NCBI GenBank assembly: GCA_965655095.1
Contig: OZ296651.1
Coordinates: 62,310,001 to 62,374,000 of the forward strand
Source of the DNA: Haplodiscus bocki
Lineage: Eukaryota
DNA: 64,000 nt
Direction: 5' to 3'
Every line of letters starts with the position of its first letter. Position 1 is the stretch's first letter. The position numbers and the translations under genes were made by a program. The notes beneath the pieces are model-generated. The model worked only from the letters and a program-made list of their open reading frames with translations, ran no database searches and was not told where the DNA came from. Positions 39,201-52,700 of the stretch are shown here, piece after piece.

Positions 39201-40185
39201 CGAACTCAAAGTTATAAACACAAATTTTGTAGTTAAAAAGAAATTTAAAAAACATGTGGCTCTGTGAGTGAAGCTCTTCCAGCTTCTTGTTTCTTTGACC
39301 CACCCTAAAAAGTTCTCGAAAGTGTACCAGAAACAAATCTTGTTTAAGAAGATGAATTTTATGTTAAATTCAATTAAAAACTAGGCTGACCTCTAAACGT
39401 TTCAAAAACGGAAGATGTGAAAGCACAAGTAAATGATTTACGTCTACAGGTAAAAACAGGTCAACAGAGTTTTTATTACGATTCACAAAAGAGTTTTCAA
39501 CAAGATACCAGAAGCTATCAAAAATACAGTTGAAAAACTGTCTATAGGGAGTGAATCAAGCAGAAAAGCAATTGGTGAACTGAATGATTCAAATACCTAT
39601 GTGAAAGTTCTAGAGTTGATGAAGAAATGTGAAATTTTTGATGAATTTTTTGTGATACCTTTAGCTAACTTATCCAACAAGAAAAAAGTTAATCCGGGTT
39701 GTAAGATGATCCAAACTGTAATTGGAATAGTTTTATCATGAATGTTGGAAATTTCAGGATACAGATTGATTTTCAGTGCCAGTGGTATAAATTTCTCATT
39801 GAGAGGTGATCTTGTAAAAAAAACATTTGTTTCTTTATTCAATGAACCAAATCCAACAGATGCAACAACATTGATTGAATTTTTTAGATGAAATGAATTT
39901 GATCAACTTGTTTTATTTAACGAAATTACTTGAATGAATTTTGCTCAAGAAAAATTAAGACTATGAAGGACGATTGTTTGCATGGGGGTTCATTTTTCTT
40001 CCTGAGAATCCAAATTAAATATGGGGTAGGATAGGCGTGATAATGCAGGGATAAAATGGCGGAGACGATACTAGTAAAATAGATGAAGAACTGGTTGCTG
40101 AAAGTCAAAAGTTCTTTTGTCACAAACGATGAACCGCATGCCAACACAAAAACACTTTACCCCAATTTCTAACTAACCGAAAAAC

Positions 40186-41069
40186 GTGTTTAACATAAGT
40201 GAAACTTCTGAGCGTGATCGTGACTGAAGGCAGGGAGGAGTATCGAATGGTGCAGGCAATCCTTTGGTAACCAACAATATCGGTAAAGTTTCAACTGAGA
40301 ATTTATATAATACGCGTTTTTGGTTTTGCTGAACATGAAGAGAATGATTCAATTTGTTAGGATACAGGTTAAATTCAAAATGAAATACTGATAATGTCGC
40401 AGAAAATAGAGTTGCCGCTACTGCTAATGCACATACTTCAGTGAGAGTCATCATCTGGATTGTCCCTTTTTATGCTTTTAAAACGACTCAAAGAATACTA
40501 TTAGAACATATTGTATCCAGAGCGCCAACTGAATTACACTACCTTACAAGTCTGTTTTTCGGAAAGATGTAAACTAACAAAATGATTCGAAATTTGAATA
40601 AGGAGTCTAAAAACAAACTGTTTTTCCGTTTTGCGCTGTTGCTGGTTTCCAAGAGAGGGTTTGGAGGGAAAATCCAGAACATACAAAAGATTTTACCAGA
40701 CTGCCTGTCACATTTGCTCAAGGTAATCTTACTATTGAAACAAATTCAGATGCCGGCAAAAATGTTAATTGTTTTTTTATCAAATTCATTCACAAGGTTA
40801 TGGAGAAGTTGTTTCATGTTTTAGACTTTCAACTAAAGATAATATCTTATGTCACCATGAAATGCAAGGTGTTTCCAGGTTCAAGAAAAAAGACACTTTG
40901 TATGTTTCGATGCACATTACCAAAAATAAGTCTACACTAAAAACTTTGAAAGTAAGTTTTACATTGACAGGCGATGTTTACCTTGGTAGTTATGTTGATT
41001 GGGCCCTTGACGTAACAAATAAGAAGATCAATTAGCAGTGAAGGGCAGAGACATTTAGACTTCATCTAA
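40186..41069 (+). pseudogene. Major capsid remnant, copy B (copy C ~46200-47075)
   Basis: Homologous to 31632-32521: VFGFAEHEE..ISSEGQRHLDFI*. Confidence 0.75.
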
Positions 41070-42125
41070 CTTAGTTTTTTTAAGACTTTCATTTTCTCTT
41101 CAATGGTTACCTCTGTTTTTCTCAACAAAGCTTCGTTTCAACTTTTGAGAACGGTATTTTGTCATAAGTAGATAAGTAGATATTGTGTAGATATTGTTTC
41201 AACAATATCTTCTGTAATTGTGTACAACTTTTTTGCCCACTTTGTTGCAACACCTTCAGAAAAAACCGTTTTCTTGTGTGCAGTTCTGACAAATTTCTTG
41301 AATTAAAATTTGTTTTGATTTTGTTTTCTTTTGTTCTGTTCGTAAAAAAAAGTTTAAGTCGTTTTCGAGACGATTGAATTGGTGTTGATTTTTTCGGAAA
41401 AGGTTTAATAATAATATTTTTCTTTGTCACTGCCTTGATTTCGCTTTACCAATCAAAAATTCTTTTCTCAAAAACAAGTTTCAAAGATGATTTCTACTTG
41501 TTTGACTTGGACTTATAGCAAATACTGCTCCTTCTCATGTTTAACAATTTCTTCCCAAGAAAAATTTTATCTGAAAAGTTATTAAAAGCTTGATTACCAA
41601 TTGTTTTCCACCTTCGGACTTTCAAATACGTGGTTCTCTTTTTGAGGTTTTGACGATGTTTGCAAATGAAGTTTTTCCTTGAGCAAATAAGAAGTTCCAT
41701 TGGAAGCTTTCTACGTATTTGACTGAGACCTCCATCAAAAACTGCTCCTTTAGCTGTTTAGCGACATTTTGTTCCAATGATACTTTCGTTTGAAAAATTA
41801 GTGAAAGTTTCATTACAAATTTTTCCCAACGTCAGACTCTTTTTTCAAATACTTGGTTTTCTTTTTTACGTATTGAGGATGTTTTTAATTCATTTTTTTG
41901 CTTGAACAAACTTTTTTGACCGAAAAACCGCGTAAAATTTTCAAAAACTAACAGTTACTACTAAGTAAAATCTATAGCTCTTTTTGGGGCATAAACATTT
42001 AGGTCTAATAAAACCGTGCTCAAATTATCATTTACGTATTATACTTCAATTTCGTTAGTAGTATAATCTTTTGTGGGAGTTTAGCATAAATTTCAATTTT
42101 AAAAACACCGGTGGTTCTCCTAATC
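41055..42125 (-). pseudogene. Polinton rve integrase remnant, copy B (copy C ~47060-47905, also in each 4.17 kb unit)
   Basis: EIYAKLPQKDYTTN..LLDL..YAPK; KRKP..ESDVGK; KGAV; C-terminal FSSYDVATKWSEKMYTITE..SYLIKNLPEILNEALL (ORF 51250..51444). Convergent with, and overlapping, the capsid stop. Confidence 0.8.
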
Positions 42126-44789
42126 AGTGAAAAAAATAACTTCATTTTGATGTTTGCATTGACCCCATGGTACCTTTTCAGATTCATTAGAAAATTCTTT
42201 TATGATCAAAAGTATTTTGAGCTACCTTTGGTTGCTTCACTTTCAAAGTATCTTGTTTCTCACTTCTGAACAATTATTAAACTCCACATTTGGTTTCGTT
42301 ATTGCTGAACAATTTCCATAAACTTCTAAAGTGTATTTGTCATGTGATTCTATTCCTCTGAGTTTTTATTCAATTGAATTCGATGGTTTTTTAGAATTAT
42401 GAGACTTACTCCAAAAAAAAACTGCTACATATAATTCAGTTTTTAGAATTGATAAAATTTCAATTCTTCTATTATTTTCTCGTTGTTTTTTGATAATAAG
42501 TCATGTCATGGATCTAACTGGATCAAGTGTAGATCTTTACATGTTCCGAAAATAAACAGTACAATTTGTAAAAAAGTCTTTCATATAAGAATTATTACTT
42601 TACCTGGAGGATGACAAAAAATATGACGTCGACTTTGATAACTAAACTATAACCTTCACTGTACTTCTGAATAAAAAATCATTTACAAATCGGGATAAAA
42701 AAGACTTACTCCTCGAAATAGAGCTGCCGATTTGTTACATTTCAATACAGAAAACACTGATAAACTAAATAAACAAACAAAAACAAATCCACAAGAAATA
42801 ATAGAATTTAAAAGAAAAAAATCATCAGGAACTTTTTTTATTTGATACTCCCTTGGAAATAGAAGGTGAATGGATGTTGGATTAACTAATTCATAAGTAT
42901 AAAACTTTGTTTCTAAAATAAATTAAAAATATAATGAACCTATTTTTTTCGTGATCTCGAGCGATAAAATAGCAGGAGAATTGATGCATCACTCTTTGAA
43001 AATGAGGATGAAACTTATGTTGAATATAATAAAAGTTACGATGAAGACTAGTTTTTGTTGGTAAGTTTAGATAAAAGTGGTTTGGTCAAGAAAATGCCTT
43101 GGAAAATCGAAAATAAGTGATGAAGAAGTAAAGTTCCGCAGTGATAATAAAACGAACTACTCAAACCTAATTAAGATTTTGGGCAACCCATAAAGCAAAA
43201 CCATGGTGATGCAGTTTCCTAGAACTGGAAGGGGAACCATAGCAGAGGAAAATAATTTCTTTTTCGTGAAAAGAATCAGACTATACGTTGTCAGAGAGCC
43301 AATACGTTTTAGTTTTGGTTTACACAACCTCCTGTTTTCAATTTTTTAGGCCTGAAACATTTTAACATTTGGAAAAATCAAGGTTGTTTCTAGATATTAT
43401 TACATTTTGTTTAAAATATCAACTTAAAAATAAAGTTGATTTTAGTGGAGAATCTAGGTCTAAAATTCAAACAGTATTCTTCTCAATTTTTTTCTATTCT
43501 CTAATTTAGGTCTCATGAAAATTATAACACCAATTCTTTTTGTGTGGTGTGAGCCATCGCATTGCTAATATATCTGATGAGGGTGTTATAAATGAAACGG
43601 GCCAAATGAAGTTATTTGGTAAATGTGTTCAACGTAAAAGAATGAACCAATGATTGTTTTTGACTTTAGTATACAAGCTGAAGCGCCGTATAAAGTCTTA
43701 AAATCATAGAAAAGTCTGCTTCTAAAGTTGGTAAAAAACCAGCAACTATTGGAAAGAAATAACCGGGAAAAGTGCTAGATATTGGTTCGAAAGTTAGTAG
43801 TCTACCTGTATCTGAAACACCCCAGTCAACTTTATCTACAATACCAGAAGTGATCAGGTCAAACCATGGTGGGAAGGGGTTTTATATTGGATTTTTTGTG
43901 TAGATGCATGTAGAAATACAATTTCAAAAATAAACAAATGTTGCAACTAAGTTTTTTCCATGTGCTCCGGTAGTACCAATTATATCTTTGAAGAGAGATT
44001 GAAAGGGGAAATAAATTATAAAAACAGCATAAAAAACTCTTTTAGCAACCTTACACAAATGACTAGCAACTTCACTTATGAAAATCGTAAACCAATGAAG
44101 AAACAGAATGTTTTTGAAGTCTTATCTACTAAATTGAAAACAATTGAAATTTTTTTCGTTTTTTTGCTTCACCTTCCACTACTGTATCATTATCTGTAAG
44201 GGGTTTTGGATTGATAGCCATACAACGTTCAACTGGATTTGGTCGTGGATTAAGATTGACTGATATATTTCATACAAATTAGTTTTGAACAAAAACTTGA
44301 AAGATAATATTATGAGAGAGCTCAACAAACTAAAAACACGTTTGATAATATTATATAGAAAAAGTTACAAGTCAATTTGGTTACTTGAAACAATAGAAGT
44401 TTCTGCGTAAAATTTTTACGAAAAAATTAGAAGAAATGAAAAAAGCTTGTTATTAAAAAAGTCGGCCTAACTGACCGTTGGTGAAACGAACTCAAATTTA
44501 TAAACACAAGTTTCGTAGTGAAAATGCAAAAAAAAAAAATGTGGTTCTGTAAATGAAGCTCTTCCATCTTCTTGTTTCTTTGACCCTTTTTAAAAGTCTC
44601 TCAGAAACGAACCTAGAACAAAAAAAACTCTTTTTTTTCAAAAGTATACTTGTATTTATGAACAGAATGAAAAAAATGTTTTAAAAGGCAATTTTTTCTA
44701 TACAAAATTAAAAACTATTTGTAAAGATTATTCAAATAAGAAAAACAAATTGCAGATTTGTGAGAAAAATTTTAAAAATGGTTTCGAGG

Positions 44790-45370
44790 GTCTTAATGTG
44801 AAAGAATGAAAACCTTTGTTATTAACAGAACATTGATTGTAGGTTTTTTCTTCTAGTAAATCTTATCAAGAAAACAAAACGTTATTTCAAAAGAAGCGAT
44901 TTTACCTTAACCAAATCACCTGAAAGATTTAGTGATGAATTTAATACTGACAAGTAAAAGTTGTAATTTATTACAAGAGTGGTATGGTAAATTTTGATGA
45001 TATTAGATTCTAATCAGAAAAAAAACTCCATTTTTCACAAGAGGACATCAGAAAAATCTAAATGTTTATTTTTTATCTCAATCAAATTTTGATCAAACAG
45101 AAAAAACTACAAGAATTAACAGCAATTTAGTTTTTCTGCTAAAGAAAGCTTTAAAAGATGTAGAAAACAGCTATGTAGGCATCGCAAGATTTGATATGAG
45201 GTATGAGGAATGGAGTATCTTTGTAGAAGAACGCGGAAAGTTGACGATTGAAAAAATTTTCATTTTGCTGACAAAACTGAGGAAAAAAGTGAGAATAAAT
45301 ATTGCATTTGTAACGGAAGTAGTCTAAGAATATACATAAAGCGCGTAGCAGAGAAAGAAATCCTGTTTAA
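44790..45370 (+). pseudogene. Packaging ATPase, copy C
   Basis: NRTLIVGF..SK; GMVNFDDI; PFFTRGHQKNLNVYFLSQSNFD. Confidence 0.75.
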
Positions 45371-46798
45371 GAACATGAATATGATGTTGAATTCCTTTAA
45401 AAATTGAGTTGACCTCCAAAGGCGTCAAAAAAGTTCGATGTGCAATCACAAGTAAATGAAGTACGCTTTGAGGAAAAAATAGGTAAACAGGGTTTTCATT
45501 ACGATTCACATTTTGAACCAGTTACGAGAAGCCATCAAAAATACAAATGAAAATTTTTTTGAAGGGATTTCATCAAACAGAAATGCAATTGTTGAACTGA
45601 ATGTTTCAAATGTCTATGTAAGAGCTCCAGATTTGATGAAGAAAAGTGGTATAACTGATGGAATTTCAACGAGACCTTTAGTTAACCTTATCAAACCAGA
45701 AAAAAGGTCAATTCGGATTGTAAGACGATGTAAACGGTGATTAGAAAAAATTTATCATGAATGGTGGAAAGTTTACCATAGAGGTACATTTTACAGGGAG
45801 TAGCAATAAATTTCTGATTGAAAGTTGATCTGGTAAAAAATAACTGGTTAAGTATTCAATGAACCAAACCCACCAGATGCAAAAACCGATATTGATTCTT
45901 TAGATAAATTGAATATGATGAACGTGTTTTGGTTTATGAAAGCACTAGAGAGTAACTTTTTGGGGAAAAATTAGGACGATGAAGGACGATTGCTTTCATC
46001 GAGGCTCTTTTTTATCCCTGAGAATCCAAATGATTTATGGGATAGGTTACGTTTGATAATGCAAGAACAAATTGTTGGAAGTGATACTAGTAGATTAGAT
46101 GATGAAATCCTTGGTGAAAAGGATAAGCTGCTAGGTCACAAATCTTTAACGACATGCCAACACAAAAATACTTCACACATTTTTTGACTATCATAAAAAT
46201 TGTTTAAGTTGAGCGTGATCGTGACTGAAGGCAGGGAGAAGTATCAAATGGAGCAGGCAACCTTCTGGCAATGAACAACACTTGAATTGTTTCAGCGAAG
46301 AATTTAAATAATAGGTACTTTTGGTTTTGCTGAACGTGAAGAGAGTGCTGGATATGGTTTAGAATACAAGTTAATTTTGAAACCAGACACTGATATTGAC
46401 GCAATAAAAAGAGTTGCTGCTACTGCTGATGCAAAAAAGTTTAATAAAAGTTATCAAACGGTTTGTCACTTTTTATACTCTTGTTAGAATTCAAAGAATT
46501 TTATCGGAACATATTGTACCCACAGCGCCAACTGAATTACACTACATTGAAAGACCTCTTTTATGAAAAGATGTGAACAAACAAATTGATTAGAGTTTTA
46601 CAAAAGGGGTTAAAATAGAAACTAATTTTCCGTTTGATGTTATTTTAGGTTTCCAAAATAGAAATTGGAAGAATACTCGAGAACATTGAAAAGTTTTTTT
46701 TGTGACAATGCCTGTCTTATGTGCTCATTATTTTCCTACTACTTAAAAAAACCCGATGCTGGCATAAATTTAACCTTTAAGGATCTGAATAAACATAA

Positions 46799-49700
46799 GG
46801 TTGTGGAGAGTTTGTTTCGTGTTTTAGACATTTAACTAAGGATAGTAATTTACGACCTCATAAAACACAACATGTTTTCAGGTTTCAGAAAAAAGACATT
46901 TGGCATGTTTTATTGCTTGTTACCAAAAAAATTTCTATACCCTAAACAATGAGAGTAAAGTTTAGATTGACAGGTGATGTTGGCCTTGATAGCTAGTTTG
47001 ATTATGCTGTTGTATTAACAAGTAACAACATGTCAATTAGCAGCGAAGGTCAAACATTTTTAGACTTTATCCAAAATTAATGTTTTTATAACTTTCATTT
47101 TTTTCTTCCATGGTTACACCTGTTTTTCTTAACAAGGCTTCGTTTAAACGTTCAGGCAATTTCTTTATAAGACAGGTAGATAATATTGTGTCATCATTAT
47201 CTTCTGTAATTGAGTAAAATTTCTCAGACCATTTTGTTAAAACATCATCAGAAGAAAAGTTTTTTCGTCAGAGTCCCAACAAAGTCTGCGGATTTAAGTT
47301 TTGTTTAGTTTTTGTTTTCTTCTGTGAAAGATGTTCTGGTAAACATATCTTTCATTTTTTGGAGTTGCCTGAAATTGTGTTGGTTTAGTTGAAAAAAGTT
47401 CTGCACTATCATATTTCTTTGACACTGCCTTCATTTCGCTAAACCAATGACTTTTATTTTTCTCAAAAACAAATCTTTGAGAAACCTCTACGTGTTTGAT
47501 GAAGACTTCCTGTAATTACTGCTCCTTTAGGTATTTAGCGACTTTTTTTTCCAATGTTACTTTTGATTGAAAAAATAGTAAAAGTTTCATTACCAATTTT
47601 TTTCCAACATCAGACTCTTTTTTTTATACATTTGGTTTTCTTTTTGAGGTATTGAGGATGTTTTCAATTCATTCTTTTTTTGCTTGAGCGGTCTTTTTGA
47701 CAAATAATCCAAATCAAATTTTGAGAATCTAACAGTTACTACGAAGTATAATCTATAGCCTTTTTTGCGGCATAATCATTTAGGTCTAATAAAACCATGC
47801 TCAAAATATCATTTATGTAATATACTTTAATTTTGTTAGTAGCAAAATCTTTTTTGGGAGTTTAGCATAAATTTCAATTTTAAAAACACCGCTGGTTCTC
47901 CTAGTCAGTTAAAAAATAACTTCATTTTGATGTTTACCTTGACCCATGGTACTTTTTCAGATTTATCAGAAGTTTGTTTTATCTTCAAAAGTATTTTGAG
48001 CTACTTTTGATTGCTTTACTTTCAATTTATCTTGTTTCTCACTTCTGAATAAATATTCAACTCCATATTTGGTTTCGTTTTTTCATAACAAACTTAATAG
48101 CCTTCTAGAGTGTATTTGTTATATGGTTCTACTCCTCTCCTGATTTTTCATTCAATTGAATTCGATGGATCTTTAAATTTATAGGGTTTACTCCATGAAA
48201 AAACAGCTTCATCTATTTCATTTTTTGGAATTGAGTCGAGTTTTGGTTTTTCTATTACTTTCACGTTGTTTTCTGAATATAGTTCATGTGATGGAAGTAA
48301 TCCGCTCAAGTCTAGATTTTTACAAGTTCCAAAAAGGGAAAAAAGACAGTACAAAAAAGTAAAAGTGTCTCCCATTTTTGAATTATCATTTTGTTTGGAG
48401 GATGATAAGAACTATGAGGTCGACTTTAATGACTAAGCCATAACCTTTACTGTAATTTTGAAAAAAAAAGGTTATACAAATCGGGATATAAAACTTTACT
48501 ATTCAAAACAAAGCTGAGGACTTGTTAATTTCCAATACAAAAAACAGCGATATACTGATTAAACAAGCATAAACAAATCCACAAGATGTATTAAAATTTC
48601 AAATAAACAAATCATCGGGAACTTTTTTTAATTGATACTCCCTTGGAAGTAGAAAATTGAAAATTAATGGATGTTGGAATCAACTAGTTTTGAAGTATTT
48701 AACTCTTTTTTCCTTATAAATGAAAAATAAAAGAATTCTCTTTTCTTTCGGTTTGATTTGATCCATAATTGTTTTTCCCAGAAGCTTAAATTTCATTGAT
48801 CTAGTAGCCATCATTTATTCAAAGATATTTTTCAATTTTTTCCGCTCTCAACGGAATGCTAAAACTTTTTTTTTCAAGTACTTTTTGGCGGGTAATCTGA
48901 ATCACACTATATTAAGTAACCATTTTTGTGATCATCTTTACTATCTAAAATTGAGTTTGTAAATTTATCTTTAAATTTTTCAATGACTTTACTTTCATGA
49001 GAAAATTTTGTTGGCAAATATCGAAAAAACCTATTCCATGTAATTTATGGAAAATCCATTATTGTTTTGTTCTTGAATGACTTCACTTACATATCAGTTT
49101 CCCAATACAGATGCAGTTCCTCCTCTCATGTTATTTTTAGGTTGTATTCCGAGTTTGTCGTGCGTTCTTTAATCTAATGCTACTCCAGTGCCTCTTAGAC
49201 CGTTTTTCCAGGTGGAACTAGGTGTACTGTAGAAAAAGTGGATTTTTACCATATGCAGATTTTCATGTATCCAAAAAACTTTGATATATAACTGTTAATA
49301 ATTTTACAACATTTTTGAGATAAATCGTCGTTAGTTTTTTTGCGTTGGTGATTTTGTCCTTTCCAACTGTAAATTCTCTTTTTTCTATTTTTTCACCTTC
49401 TGGCATAGGTGTTTTTATAGTTAGTTAGAAGTGTTCTCCGTTCAATTTTTTGGTCCCAATACAATTCATTAACTGAATTTTATCAAGTGTGTAGGCTATT
49501 TTCTTTTTCGAAAGCTTATCTTTCTTTCAATTTGCATTTAAAATTAAAAAGGATTTTTTTGTTGGGGATAATTCTCCCAACTGAGCACTCAAAAATTTAT
49601 AACAACCAAAGAATTTCAAACAACCTTTTTTTAGAGAAACCTAATTGTCTGATAATTACGCTAAAAAATCATCTCCTTTGTTAGCAATTTTTTCTGCGGT

Positions 49701-52700
49701 TCCAATTTTTGAAAATTAGATGGCAATCAAATTCAGAAAAATTATGGAAAGAAACGGTAAATTTGAATCATATCTTTTTCTTGTATTTAAATTACACCTA
49801 TTAGGTTCTACTCCTCCGAAATTGCCTGTTAAATGGCAAAGATCTTGAGAAAGAGGATTTTCTTTTTAGTCTTCCACTTTATTTCAATTTCAAAAAATTC
49901 CATTTTTTTTCATCGTTAGCAGAGCGTTTTTTCCCCGAAGAAACATGGCTCTCTGTGCCACTGTCGCTCGAAGAGCGACCATAATGGCAATCACGTGATG
50001 TATCTTAGTTTATTTCAATCTTCTTTTCAAAAAATTAATTCATATCAGTGTCATATTCCAGGACCTCGCTCAAAACTCACTCAACACCATCTCCAATGTA
50101 GTTCTTAAACCCATGCTTTCCCACTCTTAAATTCTTAAAGTAAGATACTTTTTACTTTGTTGCATCCTACTCCTACTGGCTTGTTTAGAAACAATGTTTT
50201 TCGTTTTGAGTCGTCTACTGGTTTTTTGTTTCATTAAAAAACAGCATCTCTCCACATTGTTGGGTGTGTTTTCACATACTAAAGAATATGGTTTTTCAAG
50301 TCATCTGAAGCCATGTATGAAATGTTACAAAATCTTCGTCCAATGCATCTTGTCATATGCTCTTCAAGCTGAGATTGGCTTCCATAAGTATTGAAACACA
50401 TTCATCGTTGATGTGCACACATTTTACTTCTCCCGCAAAAAATGAGTTAGTCAGGCAATCAACAGTATTTGTGTTTGTTTATTTTCATGTGTATTTTTTC
50501 TTCCTAATAGTGTTTGTTGATGTATATTGGTGAAAAATGCTTAGAGGATGTTAATTGAAAAACGTTTTCAATTGGAATGTTCAGTTTCTAAGATTTTGTT
50601 TAAGTTTTGATTTTCCTTAGGTACTGCTTGTTTCTTATATTGAATTGGGTGAAACATTTATTACAATGTGACACTCGTTCACGATATATTTCTACTTTGT
50701 GCAAATTAGGCTTGAAAAACCACGAGAAAAAAATTACCATCTGTTTTTTGCATGTTCACAAAAGATTTTGTATGATAATATGGTTTAGGTGAGTTGCAGT
50801 ATTTAGAAGGTCCTATATCAAGGTATCTAAATTTTTTTTCGATAACTTTATTACGCTATTAAATCTAAAATCACTTTTTCCCCATTCAGTTTTATAGATT
50901 TTATCATCTAATTCACTTTGTTCCCCGATTGGGTCGTATTATTTTTCCTTTTTTAATTATGGTTGTGGAGAATTTGTTTCGTGCTTTAGACATTCAACTA
51001 GGGATAATAACTTTTGTCCTCATAAATCACAACATGTTTTCAAGTTTCAGAAAAAAAACGAATTGAATGTTTTAATGCACGTTACCGAAAAATGTTCTAT
51101 ACCATAAACAATGAGAGTAAAGTTTAGATTTACAGGTGTTGTTGGTCTTGATAGTTAGTTTAATTATGCTCTTGTATTAACAAGTAAGGACATGTAAATT
51201 AGCAGCGAAGGGCAAACATTTTAAGACTTTATCCAAAATTAATGTTTTTTCAACTTTCATTTTTTTCTTCCATGGTTACATCTGCTTTTCTTAACAAGGC
51301 TTCGTTTAAAATTTCGGGCAAGTTCTTTATAAGATAGCTAGATATTATTGTGTCATCAAAATCTTCTGTAATTGTGTACATCTTCTCAGACCACTTTGTT
51401 GCAACATCATAAGAAGAAAAGTTTTCTTGTCTGAGTCCTAACAAAGTCTCCGAATTTAGGCTTTGTTTTATTTTTGTTTTCTTCTGTGAAAGATGTTTTG
51501 GTAAACATACCTTTCATTTTTTTGGAGTTGTTTGAAATTGTGTTGATTTATTTGAAAAAAGTTCTGTATTAACATATTTCTTTGTCACTGCCTTTATTTC
51601 GCTAAACCAATCACTTTTATTTTTCTCAAAAACAGTTCTTTGAGAACATCTCTACGTGTTTGATGAAGACTTCCAGCAGACACTGCTCCTTTAGATTTTT
51701 AGCGACTTTTTCTCCCAGTGATACTTTTGTTTGAAAAATTAGTTTAAGTTCCTTTACCATTTTTTTCCAACAACAGACTCTTTTTTCATACATTTGATTT
51801 TCTTTTTGAGGTATTGAGGATGTTTTCAATTCATTCTTTTTTCGCTTGAGCGGTTTTTTTGACGGTTAATCCCAATCAAATTTTGAGAATCTAACAGTTA
51901 CTAATAAGTAAAATCTATAGCCTTTTTTGGGGCATAATCAATTAGGTCTAATAAAAACCATGCTCAAAATATCATTTATGTAATATACTCCAATTTTGTT
52001 AGTAGCATAATCTTTTTTGGGAGTTTAGCATAAGTTTCACCTTTAAAAACACCGGTGGTTCTCCTAATCAGTTAAAAAAATAACTTCCTTCTGATATTTG
52101 CATTGATTTTATGGTACATTTTCGGATTTATTAGAAACTTCTTTTATCATCAAAAGTCTTTTGAGCTATTTTTGGCTGCTTTACTTTCAAAATACCTTGC
52201 TTCTGATTTCTGATCAAATATTCAAAACCACATTTGGTTTTGTTTTCTCCTAACAAGTTTCATGAACTTCTAAAGTGTATATGTTTGCTGATTCTACTCC
52301 TCTGAGTTTTTATTCAGTTGAATTCGATGGTTCTTTAAAAAAAATAAGATTTATTCCACAAAAAATAGCTTCATCTAATTCATTTTTTGGGAGAGTCTAG
52401 TTTTAGTTTTTCAATTACTTTCACGTTATTTTCTGAATATAGTTCATGCGATGGAGCTAATCCGCTCAAGTCTAGATCTTTTCAAGTTCCAAAAAGGGAA
52501 AAAAGACAGTGCAAAAAAGTAAAAATGTCTCCCTTTTTTGAATTATAATTTTGTTTAGCGGATGATAAGAACTATGAGGTTGACTTTAATGACTAAGCCA
52601 TAACTTTTACTGTACTTTTGATAAAAAAATATTGTACAAATTGGGATATAAAAAAAATTACTGTTCAAAACAAAGCTGGGGACTTGTTAATTTCCAATAC

